From positions 928,001-992,000 of the forward strand of contig CAVWWD010000003.1 in the NCBI GenBank assembly GCA_963758635.1: DNA of 64,000 nt. Reading direction: 5' to 3'. The position numbers and the translations under genes were made by a program. Shown piece by piece: positions 19,997 to 30,634 of the stretch (position 1 is its first letter; each line of letters begins with the position of its first letter). This stretch comes from an uncultured Candidatus Rokubacteria bacterium. Its GTDB lineage: Bacteria > Methylomirabilota > Methylomirabilia > Rokubacteriales > CSP1-6. The notes under the pieces were generated by a model. That model searched no databases and was not told the origin of the DNA. It worked only from the letters and a program-made list of their open reading frames with translations.

Positions 19997-20992
19997 TCAG
20001 TCCACGGAGCCGAAGCGCTCCTCGAGGACCGCCAGCATCTCCTCGATCCGGTGCCGGAGCGTGTGCTCGGCGAGGGCCCGCTTGTGTCCTGCCTGGCCGA
20101 TGGCGCGCGCCTCGTCGGGATGCGCGAGGTGGTAGTCGATCACGCGTCGCAGCTCCGCGGGGTCGCGGTAGGTGAGCACCTCGCGGCCCGGGGCGAAGAG
20201 GCTCGCCAGCTCCTCGCGGTAGTCGGCCACCTGGCACGCGCCGCTCGCCGCCAGCTCGAAGGCGCGGCTGTTGACCGCGGCGATGTCGTTCATCGGGTGG
20301 TGGTGGTTCAGGAGCAGCGTCGAGCCCGAGTACACCGCGAGCTTCGCCCGTCCCCACACCGGCCCGCCCGCCGCCATGGCGCGCACGGTGGCCGAGGCCG
20401 CCCGCTCCCACCCCGTGCCCCAGAGGCGCAGGGGGTAGCCGCAGAGTTCCTGCACGAACCGCTCCCGGAACGCGTAGTGGCTGCCCACGAACGCCACCGG
20501 CGACGCGAAGCGCCGGGCCTCCTCGTCGGTCAAGTCGAGGGGATGATGGAACTCGGGGACGCAGTAGAGCGGCAGGTAGTGGAGGTTCCGGAGCCCCACC
20601 GACTCGAGGGCGCGGAGGGCATAGCGCTCCTTGGTGAAGAAGAGGTCGTATGGCTCGATGCACTCGAACGGCATCATCCACAGGGGGTTGTCGGGGAACA
20701 GGTTCAGGAAGCGGGTGTCGATGCGGCGCTTGACTCGCCCGATGAGCCCCGGCGTGATGGGCCCGCCCTTGACCACGAGCACGATGTGGGGCTCCCAGCG
20801 GAGGCACACGCGCTCGAGCCGCCGCAGGATCCAGAGCTGGTAGGCCGCCTTCGTGCCCCGGTTCTTGTAGAGCAGGTTGTCGCGACGATAGGCGAAGGTC
20901 TGCGCCTCGTGCCCCATGGCCCGGAGCTCGTCGCGGAAGTCCATGCCCATGTGCTCGGGGCGGGCGGAGGGGAGCACGATCAGCCAGCGCAT
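19997..20992 (-). CDS. CgeB-like glycosyltransferase
   Basis: NSRAFELAASG, GHKRALAEHT motifs. Confidence 0.82.
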   Translation of the reverse strand: MRWLIVLPSARPEHMGMDFRDELRAMGHEAQTFAYRRDNLLYKNRGTKAAYQLWILRRLERVCLRWEPHIVLVVKGGPITPGLIGRVKRRIDTRFLNLFPDNPLWMMPFECIEPYDLFFTKERYALRALESVGLRNLHYLPLYCVPEFHHPLDLTDEEARRFASPVAFVGSHYAFRERFVQELCGYPLRLWGTGWERAASATVRAMAAGGPVWGRAKLAVYSGSTLLLNHHHPMNDIAAVNSRAFELAASGACQVADYREELASLFAPGREVLTYRDPAELRRVIDYHLAHPDEARAIGQAGHKRALAEHTLRHRIEEMLAVLEERFGSVD

Positions 20993-21041
20993 CGGGGGGA
21001 GCCTATCACACGGGTCGAGGGCGCAGCGGCCCGTGCCGCGC

Positions 21042-22157
21042 TCAGCGGGCGGCGCGGGCGCGGGCGGCGATGAGGGGATTAGCGAGGGCGGCCGTTCCCA
21101 CCAGGACGGCCTCGGCGCCCGTGGCAAGGGCGGCCCGCACGCGCTCCGGCGTGGTGAGCCCGCCCTCGGCGAAGACAACCCGGCTCCACGCGCCCGCGCG
21201 GCGCCACGCCAGGAGCTCGTCGACCTGGACCCGGGAATGCTCGTACACGTCCGCGCCGGAGATGGCGGCCACCTCGCGTCCCGGTCCCGGGAACGCCGGG
21301 GTCCCGTCGGGCTTGACCACGCGGCGCTCGAGGCTCGAGACGAGCGCGAAGCCGTCGACCCAGGGCGCGAGGCGCCCCGCGAGCTCGTGGAGCGCCCGCG
21401 GACTCTGGGCGCTGCCGAGCCGGGCGACCACGGGGCGCGTCCCCACGGCGCGCCGCACCTGCTGGGCAACGTGGGCGGCCAGCGGCGGCTGCTCGAACAC
21501 CATCGGGGCGCGGTCGACGGTCGACGCCGGGCAGGCGAGGTGCACCTCGATCACGTCCGCCCCCGCCTCGCCGGCCCAGCGCGCGCACTCGGCGTAGTCC
21601 AGGGCGAGGCGCTCGCCATCGCCATCTGGCACCGGGGTGCCGGCCACGCTGACGCTCAGGAGCTGCGTCGCGGAGAGCCGGCTCTTGGCCCGGCGCACGT
21701 CGGCACGCCACTCGTCGGGCGCCGCCGACGGCAGGCCGAAGGACCACGCGAGGGTCACGCTCCCGGGGTCGGCCCGGCGGGGCGCCCGCGGCTCGATCAC
21801 CGCGGGGTCGCCGAAGTGGCAGAAGGCGAGGTTGGGCGGCGAGAAGGCCGCGCGAGCCACGCTCCGGACGGTCGCGTACGTGAGGAGGCCGTAGCCGAGC
21901 CGCGCGTAGCCCTGGATCCACCGCGCGTTCGGCAAGGGCCCCGCCGCCACGCCCACCGGACACTCCACCGGCAGGTCGAAGAGGCGGGTGGGCATCGGAG
22001 GAACCTTCCGCGGCCGCGCCGGGAGCCGGGGCGGGTGGGCCGCGTTCCACGCGTGCGAGCGCCCGGTGCGGTACGCGATCAGGTGCCGACCCTCCCACAA
22101 GGCGGTCGCTTCCGGCTGCTCTCGCAGGGGGAGCGGTTGGTTCCACGGCATTACCAT
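21042..22157 (-). CDS. Dihydroorotate dehydrogenase-like FMN TIM-barrel protein (divergent)
   Basis: PVGVAAGPL, TYATVRS, EVHLACP, ISG, EGG, VGTAAL. Confidence 0.65.
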   Translation of the reverse strand: MVMPWNQPLPLREQPEATALWEGRHLIAYRTGRSHAWNAAHPPRLPARPRKVPPMPTRLFDLPVECPVGVAAGPLPNARWIQGYARLGYGLLTYATVRSVARAAFSPPNLAFCHFGDPAVIEPRAPRRADPGSVTLAWSFGLPSAAPDEWRADVRRAKSRLSATQLLSVSVAGTPVPDGDGERLALDYAECARWAGEAGADVIEVHLACPASTVDRAPMVFEQPPLAAHVAQQVRRAVGTRPVVARLGSAQSPRALHELAGRLAPWVDGFALVSSLERRVVKPDGTPAFPGPGREVAAISGADVYEHSRVQVDELLAWRRAGAWSRVVFAEGGLTTPERVRAALATGAEAVLVGTAALANPLIAARARAAR

Positions 22158-22205
22158 ATCCGCTCCTCTCGGCTCCAGGCGGTTGGTTCCACGGCATTGC
22201 CATAT
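22133..22205. repeat. 27-bp direct repeat (46-bp period) duplicating a gene start
   Basis: GCGGTTGGTTCCACGGCATTRCCATAT at 22133 and 22179. Confidence 0.85.
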
Positions 22206-22212
22206 TCGCTTC

Positions 22213-22255
22213 GCTCGCCTTCGGCTCGCTGCGCACTGCAAGTCGCCTCCGGCTC
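22213..22255 (-). repeat. Two GNA-triloop hairpin repeat cores
   Basis: Minus strand GA-GCC-GAA-GGC-GA and GA-GCC-GGA-GGC-GA, each followed by GCACTGC on the plus strand. Confidence 0.7.
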
Positions 22256-22288
22256 GCTTCGCACTGCGGGTGTCATGGTGGGCGGCGC

Positions 22289-23279
22289 TCAGGCGAACGC
22301 CGGCAGGACCTCCTTCGCGAGCAGCGTCAGCTCGCGCATGATGTGGCGGTGCGGCATGCCGGGGAAGAACAGCCGGCAGATCAGGTGCGTGGCGCCGTAG
22401 CGCTCGACGAACGGCTTGAGGTCGCGGATCACCTGGTCGGGCCCGCCGATCAGGAACCGGTCCTTCTTGATCGGTGTCGAGGTCGGTGGCGATGGACGCG
22501 TCGATGAACGGATGCTTCCACCCGCCCGCGTACTCGCGCCGGTACGAGATCATGATGTGCCGCTCGGCGAGCTCGCGGGCCTCGGCGTCGGTGTCGGCGA
22601 TGATCACGTCGCGCGTGAGCGGCCACTCCGTCACCGGCTCGGCGCGGCCGGCGGCCGCGCGGTTGGCGAGGAACTGTTGCTTGCCCTGGAGCAGCCGCGC
22701 CAGGTCGGCGGTGGGGCCGGGGATCCAGTTGTCGGCGAGCGTGGCGGCGCGGCGCAGCGTGATGTCACCCCACCCGCCGATCCACACCGGCGGGTGCGGC
22801 TTCTGGACGGGCTTGGGCTCGAGCCGGCCCGTCACCTGGTAGTAGCGCCCGGCGAACGAGAAGCTGTCCTGCGTCCACAGGCCGCGGAGGATGGCGAGCT
22901 GCTCCTCGAAGCGGGCCCCGCGCCTGTCCAGGTCCACGCCGTAGAGCGCGAACTCGTCGGGCTTGTAGCCGATGGCCGCGCCCAGCACCACCCGGCCCCC
23001 CGAGATCACGTCGAGCATGGCCACGTCCTCGGCGAGCCGGACCGGATGGTGGAAGGGGGCGACGACGATGTCCGTCCCGAGCGTCATCCGGGACGTGCGG
23101 GTGGCGAACCCGGCGAGCACGGTGAGGGGAGAGGGCCAGTAGTGATCGACCACCGAGTGGTGCTCCTCCATCCACACGGAGTCGAACCCGAGGTCCTCGG
23201 CGCGGACGACCTCCTCGATCGCGTCGGTGTAGAAGTGTCCTCCCTCGATGGGGATGAACCCGACCTTGAGCCTCGCCAT
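22289..23279 (-). CDS. LLM-class flavin-dependent oxidoreductase; frameshift near 22475
   Basis: GFDSVWMEEHH, HPVRLAEDVAMLDVISGGR, PKPVQKPHPPVWIGG, LAKEVLPAFA. Confidence 0.9.
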
Positions 23280-23296
23280 GCCGGCCTGCCTCGGGC

Positions 23297-24214
23297 CTAT
23301 AGCTCGCCGGCCTCCTCGAGCGCCTGCTTCAGCCGCTGCCGGTCCTCGGGCCCCACGGGCGTGAGCGGCGGGCGCATGTGGCCGTGCTCGAGGATGCCCT
23401 GCATCACCAGGACTTCCTTGCAGCGCGCCCGGTAGTCGCGGATCGGCGTGGCGAAGATCGCGTCGACCAGGCGCTGGATGCGATCGCCCCGCTCCCGCGC
23501 CGTCGCCCAGTCGCCCCGCATGGCCGCGGCGTGCACGGCGACGTGGCTGGCCGTGGTCACCGCGCACGCCCCCAGCAGCGCGCCCTCGGCGCCGAGGAGG
23601 TACGACTCCCAGATGAAGTTGTCGTTGCCAGTGAGGATGGTGATGCGGCGAGGCGCGGAGCGGATCACGTCGACGATCTCGCGGAAGCGCTTGGCGTCGA
23701 AGAGGGCCTCCTTGATCGCCACCACCTGGGGGATCTCGATGAGCCGCGCCAGCGTCTCGTCCGCGAAGTTGGTGCCGCCCAGCGCGGGCTGGAGCGTGAA
23801 GATGACCATGGGCAGGCCCGCGGCGTCCGCGATGGCCTTGTGGTACGCGTACGGAACCTCCGCGGGGAGCGGCTGGCCCAGGTACGCGGTGATCGGGAAG
23901 ACGAGGAAGGCGTCGGCCCCCGCCTCGCGATAGTCCTTCGCGTACTTCACGGCCTGGGCGGTGAACGAGGCGCCGAGGCCGGCCACGATCGGGATGCCGC
24001 GCCCGGCCAGCTCCTCGCGGTAGATGGCGAGGACGCGGAGCCGCTCCTCGTGCCAGAGGTGCGGGCCCTCGCCCGTGTCCACGTTGACCGCCACCGCCTT
24101 GATCCCCTGACCGGCGATCCAGCGGATGTAGCGGCGCAGCGCGGGCTCGTCGATCTGCGCGTCCGCCGTCATCGGGAGGACGGTGGCGGGGACGATGCCG
24201 GCGAGGTCGAGCAT
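23297..24214 (-). CDS. Dihydrodipicolinate synthase-family aldolase/dehydratase
   Basis: GIVPATVLP, NVDTGEG, VVAIKEA (Schiff-base Lys), TGND, RPPL. Confidence 0.88.
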   Translation of the reverse strand: MLDLAGIVPATVLPMTADAQIDEPALRRYIRWIAGQGIKAVAVNVDTGEGPHLWHEERLRVLAIYREELAGRGIPIVAGLGASFTAQAVKYAKDYREAGADAFLVFPITAYLGQPLPAEVPYAYHKAIADAAGLPMVIFTLQPALGGTNFADETLARLIEIPQVVAIKEALFDAKRFREIVDVIRSAPRRITILTGNDNFIWESYLLGAEGALLGACAVTTASHVAVHAAAMRGDWATARERGDRIQRLVDAIFATPIRDYRARCKEVLVMQGILEHGHMRPPLTPVGPEDRQRLKQALEEAGEL

Positions 24215-24219
24215 GGCGG

Positions 24220-24410
24220 GGCTCGCACGCGTCGCTGGCGAGCTTGCCGTTCACGCCCCAGTTCGACTTCTCCACGTCCTGGAAGACGATGTGGACCTGG
24301 TCGGCGGTGGTCTTGCCGATCTTGACCATCGCCTCGGTGATGGCGGCGGTGATCTCGCGCTTCTGCTGGTCGGTGCGGCCCGCGTACCACTGGACGGTGA
24401 TGTTCGGCAT
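24220..24410 (-). CDS. 4-oxalocrotonate tautomerase family; stop codon not seen (probable indel)
   Basis: Pro1; MPNITVQWYAGRTDQQKREI and SNWGVNG. Confidence 0.8.
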
Positions 24411-24586
24411 GTGCGCCCCCTTGTCTCGCGGCGACGGCGAGGTGGATGGACCGACGGCGCGCATTATCCCACGTGCGGCGGCGCGGCGCCGCGCGGCGAG
24501 TTCGTGCGGCCGCTTGACGCCTCGGGCGCGTTCCGCCTAGGGTGAACCAAGCGTTTTTCGATCGCCGTCCCGCGAGGAGGACAGCC

Positions 24587-24952
24587 ATGCCGGTTCCGGT
24601 CATGCACGGGTACGCGAGGCTCCGCGAGCTTCCGGAGGAGAAGATCGGCGACAAGATCACCCGCCGCATCGTGGTCGGCGAGAAGGGCATGATCGTGTTC
24701 TGGTCGATGAAGGCGGGCGCGCACGCCACGCGCCACCAGCATCCCCACGAGCAGATCTTCTGGATGATCTCCGGCCGCATGGAGTTCGACCTGGACGGCG
24801 ACAAGCGCACCTGCGTGGCCGGCGACTGCGGGGTCATCCCCGGCAACACGCCGCACGAGGCCTTCTTCCCGGAGGACACCGAGGTCATCGACGTGTTCTC
24901 GCCGCCGCGGGAGGACATGTTCACGGGGGACGACACCTACCTGCGGCGCTGA
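24587..24952 (+). CDS. Cupin domain protein
   Basis: HQHPHEQ, IPGNTPHE, DVFSPPREDM. Confidence 0.88.
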   Translation: MPVPVMHGYARLRELPEEKIGDKITRRIVVGEKGMIVFWSMKAGAHATRHQHPHEQIFWMISGRMEFDLDGDKRTCVAGDCGVIPGNTPHEAFFPEDTEVIDVFSPPREDMFTGDDTYLRR

Positions 24953-25131
24953 GGAATGGGGACAGCGTACCGGCGTCCGCGCGGCGGTCCGGGAGCGTTG
25001 GCGCTTGCGCTCGCCGGGCCTTCGGAGCCAGAGTGACGCGAGAAGGGACTCACCGGACGCTACCGACCTCCGGCGGGCGCCGCCCGCCGAGAGCGCAGCG
25101 AAGCGCTTGTCATCCACGAAGGAGAGGCGCG

Positions 25132-26248
25132 ATGCAGCCTGGATGGCTCAAGGAGTACTTCCAGCCCCGGCCGGACCGGGGTCCCCGAAGGCGCGACCGA
25201 CAGGCGCCGACAGTCGAGGAAACGCAGGACGGCGTGTCACGGCGCGACTTCGTGAAGAGCGGGTTCGTGGCCGGGATGACGGCCGGGCTCGCCGCCGGCG
25301 CCGTGGTGGCCCAGACGGGCTCGGCGCAGGCGCAGGCGACGCCGAATCCGCTCGCCCGGGCGCATGGTGGCCATCGCCCTGGGGCGCCCAGGACCAGCGC
25401 GGCGCCAACAACCGCATCACGCCCGCCAAGGTGCTGGAGGCCGCGCGCCTCATCAAGACCGGAAAGATCTACCCGCTGGGGCGCGTGCTCGAGAAGGGCA
25501 TCCCGCTGTTCGGCGAGCGGCTCGGCGCGCACGTGGTCATCCCGGGCACGCCGACCGGGGGCCCTTCGGCAAGCACAACCTCTACTACCACGACGAGCTG
25601 TTCGTGGGGGAGATCGGGCAGGCGGGCTCGCAGTTCGACGGCCTCGGCCACATCGGCATGGCCGCGAGCGACGGCAAGATCCGGTACTACAACGGCTTCA
25701 CGCAGGAGGAGGTCGGCTCCGCCTACGGTCTGAAGAAGCTCGGCATCGAGCATCTCCAGCCGTTCTTCACCCGCGGCATCCTGCTCGACGTGCTCGCGCT
25801 CAAGGGCGGCGATCGCCTGCCGATCAACTACGTCATCACGGTCGACGACATCCGGGCGACGCTGGCGCGCCAGAACATCCGCGAGCCCGGCGAGGGCGAC
25901 GCCGTCGATCTTCAACACCGGCCACGGCAAGCTCTGGAAGAAGGACAACGCCGAGTTCAACAAGGGCTGCCCCGGCCCCGGCATCACGGCGGGGCGGTGG
26001 CTCGCCGAGCGGAAGGTCGCGGTGGTCGGCGCCGACACGTGGCCGGTGGAGGCGGTGCCCGGCGAGAACCCGGACCTGCCGTTCGCCTGCCACGCCATCT
26101 GGCTCACGCTGAACGGCATCTACATCAACGAGAACCTCTTCACCGAGGACCTCGCGAAGGACCGGGTCTACGAGTTCGCGTGGTCGTTCAACCCCGTGCC
26201 CATCAAGGGCGCGACGGGCGCGCCGGGAACTCGGTCGCCATCGCGTAG
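25132..26248 (+). CDS. Tat-exported cyclase-family (kynurenine formamidase-like) metallohydrolase; several frameshifts
   Basis: SRRDFVK twin-Arg motif; WGAQDQRGANN, GSQFDGLGH, GADTWPVE, PVPIKGATG. Confidence 0.8.
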
Positions 26249-26359
26249 CCGCGGCGGCGGGGGCGCCGGCACCGCCTCCACCCGCTGTCCCGCGGGTGCG
26301 CTTACTCGTATGCCCCCGGTACGGCGAGCATTTTCGCGCAACACACGGCGCGTGCGCCG

Positions 26360-26389
26360 TTGACACGTCCCGGAGCCGGGCGCTATCCT
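26360..26389 (+). promoter_or_regulatory. Sigma70 promoter
   Basis: TTGACA-N18-TATCCT upstream of the lactonase gene. Confidence 0.55.
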
Positions 26390-26464
26390 GCGCCTGCTCG
26401 GCGCGCGTCACGAGACGCGTGGCGCTCCGCGAGGCCTCGGACCCCAACGTTGAGGAGAGGCGAC

Positions 26465-27332
26465 ATGAGAAAGTCAGCCGTCGCAGCGCTCGCTCTGACC
26501 CTGCTGTGTCTCCTTCCCGCGATCGCGTCCGCCCAGGTGAAAGGCGTGTACTGGACGGCGAGCGGCGTGTTCGGCCCGTTCCCCCTCAACGCGTTGATCC
26601 CGTCGCTTCCGGCGGACAAGTCCCGCGAGGTCACCCTGCCGGTCAACATGTGGATCATCGATCACCCCAAGGGGCTGGTCGTGTTCGACACCGGCAACAA
26701 CGTCGCCGATCTCGGACGGCAAGTGCAAGTCGTACTGGGCCGCGGGCCTGTGCGACCTCCTCAAGCCGAGCCAGAAGCGGGACGACGTGATCGACATGCA
26801 GCTCAAGAAGCTCGGGTTCTCGACGGATCAGGTGAAGGCCGTGATCTCCTCCCACGCGCATCTCGACCACATCGGCAACATCAAGCTGTTCCCGAAGGCC
26901 GTTCACGTGATCCAGAAGAAGGAGCTCTACCAGGCCTGGTGGCCCGAGAAGTTCCAGGGGCGCGAGGGCGGAGTCTTCGTGCTGGGCGACTTCGACGGTC
27001 CCGCGCGCGGCTTCAACTACCTCGAGCTCGAGGGCGACTACGACCTGTTCAGCGACGGCAGCATCATGATCATCACCACGCCGGGGCACACCCTGGGCCA
27101 CCAGTCGGTGAAGGTGAAGCTGCCCAGCGGCAAGACGATCGTGATGACGCAGGACGCGGTGTGGGTGAAGGAGAACCTCGAGGGGTTCCCCGCCGGCATC
27201 AACTACAGCGTCAAGGACTACGAGGCGTCGGTCCAGCGGCTCAAGATGATCCGCGACCTCGAGAACGCGGAGCTCTTGTTCGGCCACGATCCCGATCAGT
27301 TCAAGCAGGGCGGCAACAAGTGGCATAGGTAG
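26465..27332 (+). CDS. Exported N-acyl homoserine lactonase-family MBL hydrolase; frameshift near 26710
   Basis: Signal peptide, HPKGLVVFDTG, SHAHLDHIGN, TPGHTLGHQS, GHDP. Confidence 0.85.
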
Positions 27333-27393
27333 CTCGCGAACCTCCCCCGCCGGCCCGCTCTCGCGCGGCGCCGGCGGGGGCGTCTCCGCCGTC

Positions 27394-28368
27394 GTGACCT
27401 CCCGTCCCGCCGCCATCGTCCTCGAGTCCGTCACCAAGCGCTACGGCTCCACCGTCGCCGTCCAGGACCTGTCGTTCACCGTCGAGCCCGGCGAGATCGT
27501 CGGATTCCTCGGGCCGAACGGGGCGGGCAAGACGACGACGATGCGGATGATCGCCGGCTTCACCGCCGCCACCTCCGGACGCGTGACGGTGGGTGGTCAT
27601 GACATGGCCACCGACAACGTGCGGGCGGCGCGGCTGCTCGGCTACCTGCCCGAGCGGCCGCCCCTCTACGACGCGCTCGACGTGGCGGCCTACCTGCGGT
27701 TCGTCGCGCGGGCCAAGGGGGTGTCCCGCTCGGAGATGCGGGCCGAGCTCGAGCGCGTCACCTCGGCCTGCCGGCTGGAGGCGGTGTTCCGGAGCGAGAT
27801 CTACAAGATCTCGCGCGGCTACCGGCAGCGGGTCGGGCTCGCCCAGGCCTTGCTCGGTCGGCCCCAGGTGCTCCTGCTCGACGAGCCGACCGCCGGGCTC
27901 GATCCCGGGCAGATCCACGAGACCCGCGAGGTCATCCGGTCCTTCGGGGAAGCGCACGCGGTGCTGCTGAGCACCCACATCCTGGCCGAGGCCACGCTCA
28001 TCTGCCGCCGGGTGGCCATCATCGACCACGGGCGCCTGCTCGCCATCGACTCGCCCGCCGGGCTGCAGCGGGCCGCGGAGCAGACCAACGTCGTGACCCT
28101 CCAGGTGGCCGGCCCGGCGCCGGACGTGCGCGAGGCGCTCGCCTCGATCCAGGGCGTGGTCGGCGTCGAGGTCCGCGGGCCCGCCGGTGACCGAGGCCTC
28201 CTGACGTGCTCGTGTCGGGTCGAGCCCATCGAGGGGGTGGAGGCGGCCATCGCGCGCGTCGTCTCCGGCCGTTTCCACCTCCACCGGCTGGAGCGGCAGC
28301 AGCCCACGCTCGAGAACGTCTTCCTCCGGTACGTGAACGAGGCGACCCGGCCCGGGGATGCGGGATGA
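27394..28368 (+). CDS. ABC-2 ATP-binding protein (GldA-like, second paralog)
   Basis: GPNGAGKTT, ISRGYRQRVGLAQAL, LLDEPTAGLD. Confidence 0.92.
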   Translation: MTSRPAAIVLESVTKRYGSTVAVQDLSFTVEPGEIVGFLGPNGAGKTTTMRMIAGFTAATSGRVTVGGHDMATDNVRAARLLGYLPERPPLYDALDVAAYLRFVARAKGVSRSEMRAELERVTSACRLEAVFRSEIYKISRGYRQRVGLAQALLGRPQVLLLDEPTAGLDPGQIHETREVIRSFGEAHAVLLSTHILAEATLICRRVAIIDHGRLLAIDSPAGLQRAAEQTNVVTLQVAGPAPDVREALASIQGVVGVEVRGPAGDRGLLTCSCRVEPIEGVEAAIARVVSGRFHLHRLERQQPTLENVFLRYVNEATRPGDAG

Positions 28369-29072
28369 CCGGCCTGGGCGCCGTCTATCGCAAGGAGATC
28401 GCGACGTACTTCAGATCGCCGATCGCCTACTTCGTGGTCGCGGTCTTCCTGCTCGGCACCGGCTACTTCTTCCTCTACAACATCTTCCTGACCGGCGACG
28501 CCACGATGGCGAGCACGTTCCTGAACATGGGCCTGCTCCTGCTCACGCTGACCCCGCTCCTGTCCATGCGCCTGTTCGCCGCGGAGCACGGCGCGGGCAC
28601 GATGGAGCTGCTCATGACGCTGCCGCTCACGCCCTGGCAGATCGTGCTCGGCAAGTACCTGGGCGCGGTCACGATCCTGGTCGCGATCGCCGTCGGCACC
28701 GGCATCGACCTGGTGCCGCTCTACCTGTTCGGCAACCCCGAGACGATGACGATCGTCTCCGGCTACGTCGGCTTCCTGCTGCTCGGCATGGCGTGTCTCG
28801 CCGTCGGCCAGCTCGCCTCCGCGCTCACGGAGAACCAGATCGTGGCCGCGCTCCTGACCGCGGCCATCCTGCTCGCGTTCTGGCTGGTCGGACACCTCCA
28901 GGGCTTCCAGACGTCGCCGGCCCTGCGCGCGCTCATCGCGTACCTCTCGTTCGCGCTCCACTTCGCCGATTTCATCCACGGGCTCGTGCGCACGGAGGCG
29001 ATCGCCTTCTTCCTGATCGTCTCCGCGGTCGCCCTGACGTTGAACGCCAGCTATCTCCAGTGGCGGCGCTGA
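28365..29072 (+). CDS. ABC-2 permease (GldF-like)
   Basis: KEIATYFRSPIAY, MRLFAAEHGAGTMELL, LTENQIVA. Confidence 0.9.
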   Translation: MTGLGAVYRKEIATYFRSPIAYFVVAVFLLGTGYFFLYNIFLTGDATMASTFLNMGLLLLTLTPLLSMRLFAAEHGAGTMELLMTLPLTPWQIVLGKYLGAVTILVAIAVGTGIDLVPLYLFGNPETMTIVSGYVGFLLLGMACLAVGQLASALTENQIVAALLTAAILLAFWLVGHLQGFQTSPALRALIAYLSFALHFADFIHGLVRTEAIAFFLIVSAVALTLNASYLQWRR

Positions 29073-30634
29073 CGTGGACGGGCGCGTTCCGGGCGGGCCT
29101 GATCCTCCTCGCCGGCCTCGTCCTCCTGGGCGTGGCCGCGAGCCTCTCGATGCTCCTCGTCGAAACGCCCTGGTGGACGCTCGCCGTGGCCGGGGCCGGC
29201 GCCCTGCTCGCGGCGGCGGGGGGCTGGGGGCTCCGCGCCGATCTCCGGGAGTGGGGACGCGGCCGGCGGGGCGAGATCGCGCTCTACACCGCGGGGGCGA
29301 TCGGCGTGCTCCTGGTGCTGGCCCACCTCTCCGTGCGGTACCCCGCCCGCTTCGACCTGACCGAGTCGCGACGCTACTCGCTGTCGGCGGCCACCGTCAC
29401 GATGCTGGAGAAGCTCGACCGGCCCGTGCACGTCGTGTTCTTCCACGATCCGATGATGCGGGAGACGGTGGAGCTCTATGAGCTCATCGCGAAGCGCACG
29501 CCGCGCGTCACCGTGGAGTTCTACGATCCCGTGATCAATCCGGCCCAGGCCCGGATGATGGGCGTGCAGTTCGCGGGCAGCGCGGTGCTGGAGAGCGAGG
29601 GCCGCCGGCTCCAGGTGCACGGCCCGAGCGAGACCGACATCGCCAACGGCATCCTCCGTGTCTCGCGCAGCGCCACACAGCGTGTCTGCTTCCTCGACGG
29701 CCACGGCGAGCCCGATCCGTTCAGCCTCGAGTCGCACGATCACCTCGAGGGCGCGGTCGGACACAGCCACGGGCTGGGGGTGAACTACGTGCTGCACGAG
29801 CGGCACGGGATGGCCAAGGCGCGCCACGCCCTCGAGACGCTCAACTACCGGGTGGAGAAGGTCTCGCTGCTGCAGGGCGGCGACGGGCTGGCCGGCTGCG
29901 GCGTCCTCGTGGTGGCGGGGCCGAAGACCGCGCTGCTCGCCGTGGAGGTCACCGCGGTCCGCGCCTACCTGGCCGCGGGCGGGAACGCGTTCCTGATGCT
30001 CGACCCGTTCCTCGTGAGCGGCCTCGAGCCCATCGCCCGCGAGTACGGGATCGTCGTCGACGACGACCTCGTGATCGACGAGGCGAGCCACTTCTGGGCC
30101 GATGCGTCGTCGCCCGCGGTGACGGACTACAACCGGCATCAGGTCACCCGCGAGCTTCCGCTGACGTTCTTCCCCGGCGTGCGTTCCCTGTCGCCCACCC
30201 GGGAGCGCGTGCCCGGCACCGCGGTGCTGCCCCTCGTGAACTCCTCCAAGCGGAGCTGGGGGCAGAAGAATCGCGAGCGCGTCGAGTTCACCCCGGGCCG
30301 CGACGAGCTGGGCCCGCAGACGCTGATGGTCCTGGCCTTGAGCGGCGGCGGGGAGGGCGGGGCGACCCGGCGCTCGCGCCTGGCCGTGGTGGGGGATTCG
30401 GACTTCGCGACGAACTCGTTCTTCCACGTCATGGGCAACGGCACGCTGTTCGTGAACACGATCAACTACCTCGCGGCCCAGGAGAGCCTCATCGGCATCC
30501 CGCCGCGCACGCACGACCTCCCGCGCGTGAACCTCACGAATCGCCAGATGAAGGGCACCTTCCTGCTGTCCGTGGTCCTCGTGCCCGCCGTCCTCGCCAT
30601 CGTCGGGACCGCGGTCTGGTGGAAGCAGCGGTGA
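29060..30634 (+). CDS. GldG-like auxiliary protein with His-rich insert
   Basis: FDLTESRRYSLS, GHGE, GDSDF, GNGTLFVNTINYL; insert ESHDHLEGAVGHSHG...HERHG. Confidence 0.85.
   Translation: MAALTWTGAFRAGLILLAGLVLLGVAASLSMLLVETPWWTLAVAGAGALLAAAGGWGLRADLREWGRGRRGEIALYTAGAIGVLLVLAHLSVRYPARFDLTESRRYSLSAATVTMLEKLDRPVHVVFFHDPMMRETVELYELIAKRTPRVTVEFYDPVINPAQARMMGVQFAGSAVLESEGRRLQVHGPSETDIANGILRVSRSATQRVCFLDGHGEPDPFSLESHDHLEGAVGHSHGLGVNYVLHERHGMAKARHALETLNYRVEKVSLLQGGDGLAGCGVLVVAGPKTALLAVEVTAVRAYLAAGGNAFLMLDPFLVSGLEPIAREYGIVVDDDLVIDEASHFWADASSPAVTDYNRHQVTRELPLTFFPGVRSLSPTRERVPGTAVLPLVNSSKRSWGQKNRERVEFTPGRDELGPQTLMVLALSGGGEGGATRRSRLAVVGDSDFATNSFFHVMGNGTLFVNTINYLAAQESLIGIPPRTHDLPRVNLTNRQMKGTFLLSVVLVPAVLAIVGTAVWWKQR

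Noticed and set aside
21042..24464. 1140-aa ORF as a tautomerase-LLM-DHOD fusion
   Set aside because: It overlaps the DHDPS gene out of frame with low-complexity translation; it arises from lost stops caused by indels
24953..25131. Riboswitch upstream of the cyclase gene
   Set aside because: GC hairpins are present but no known aptamer consensus was recognised; an Rfam search would be needed
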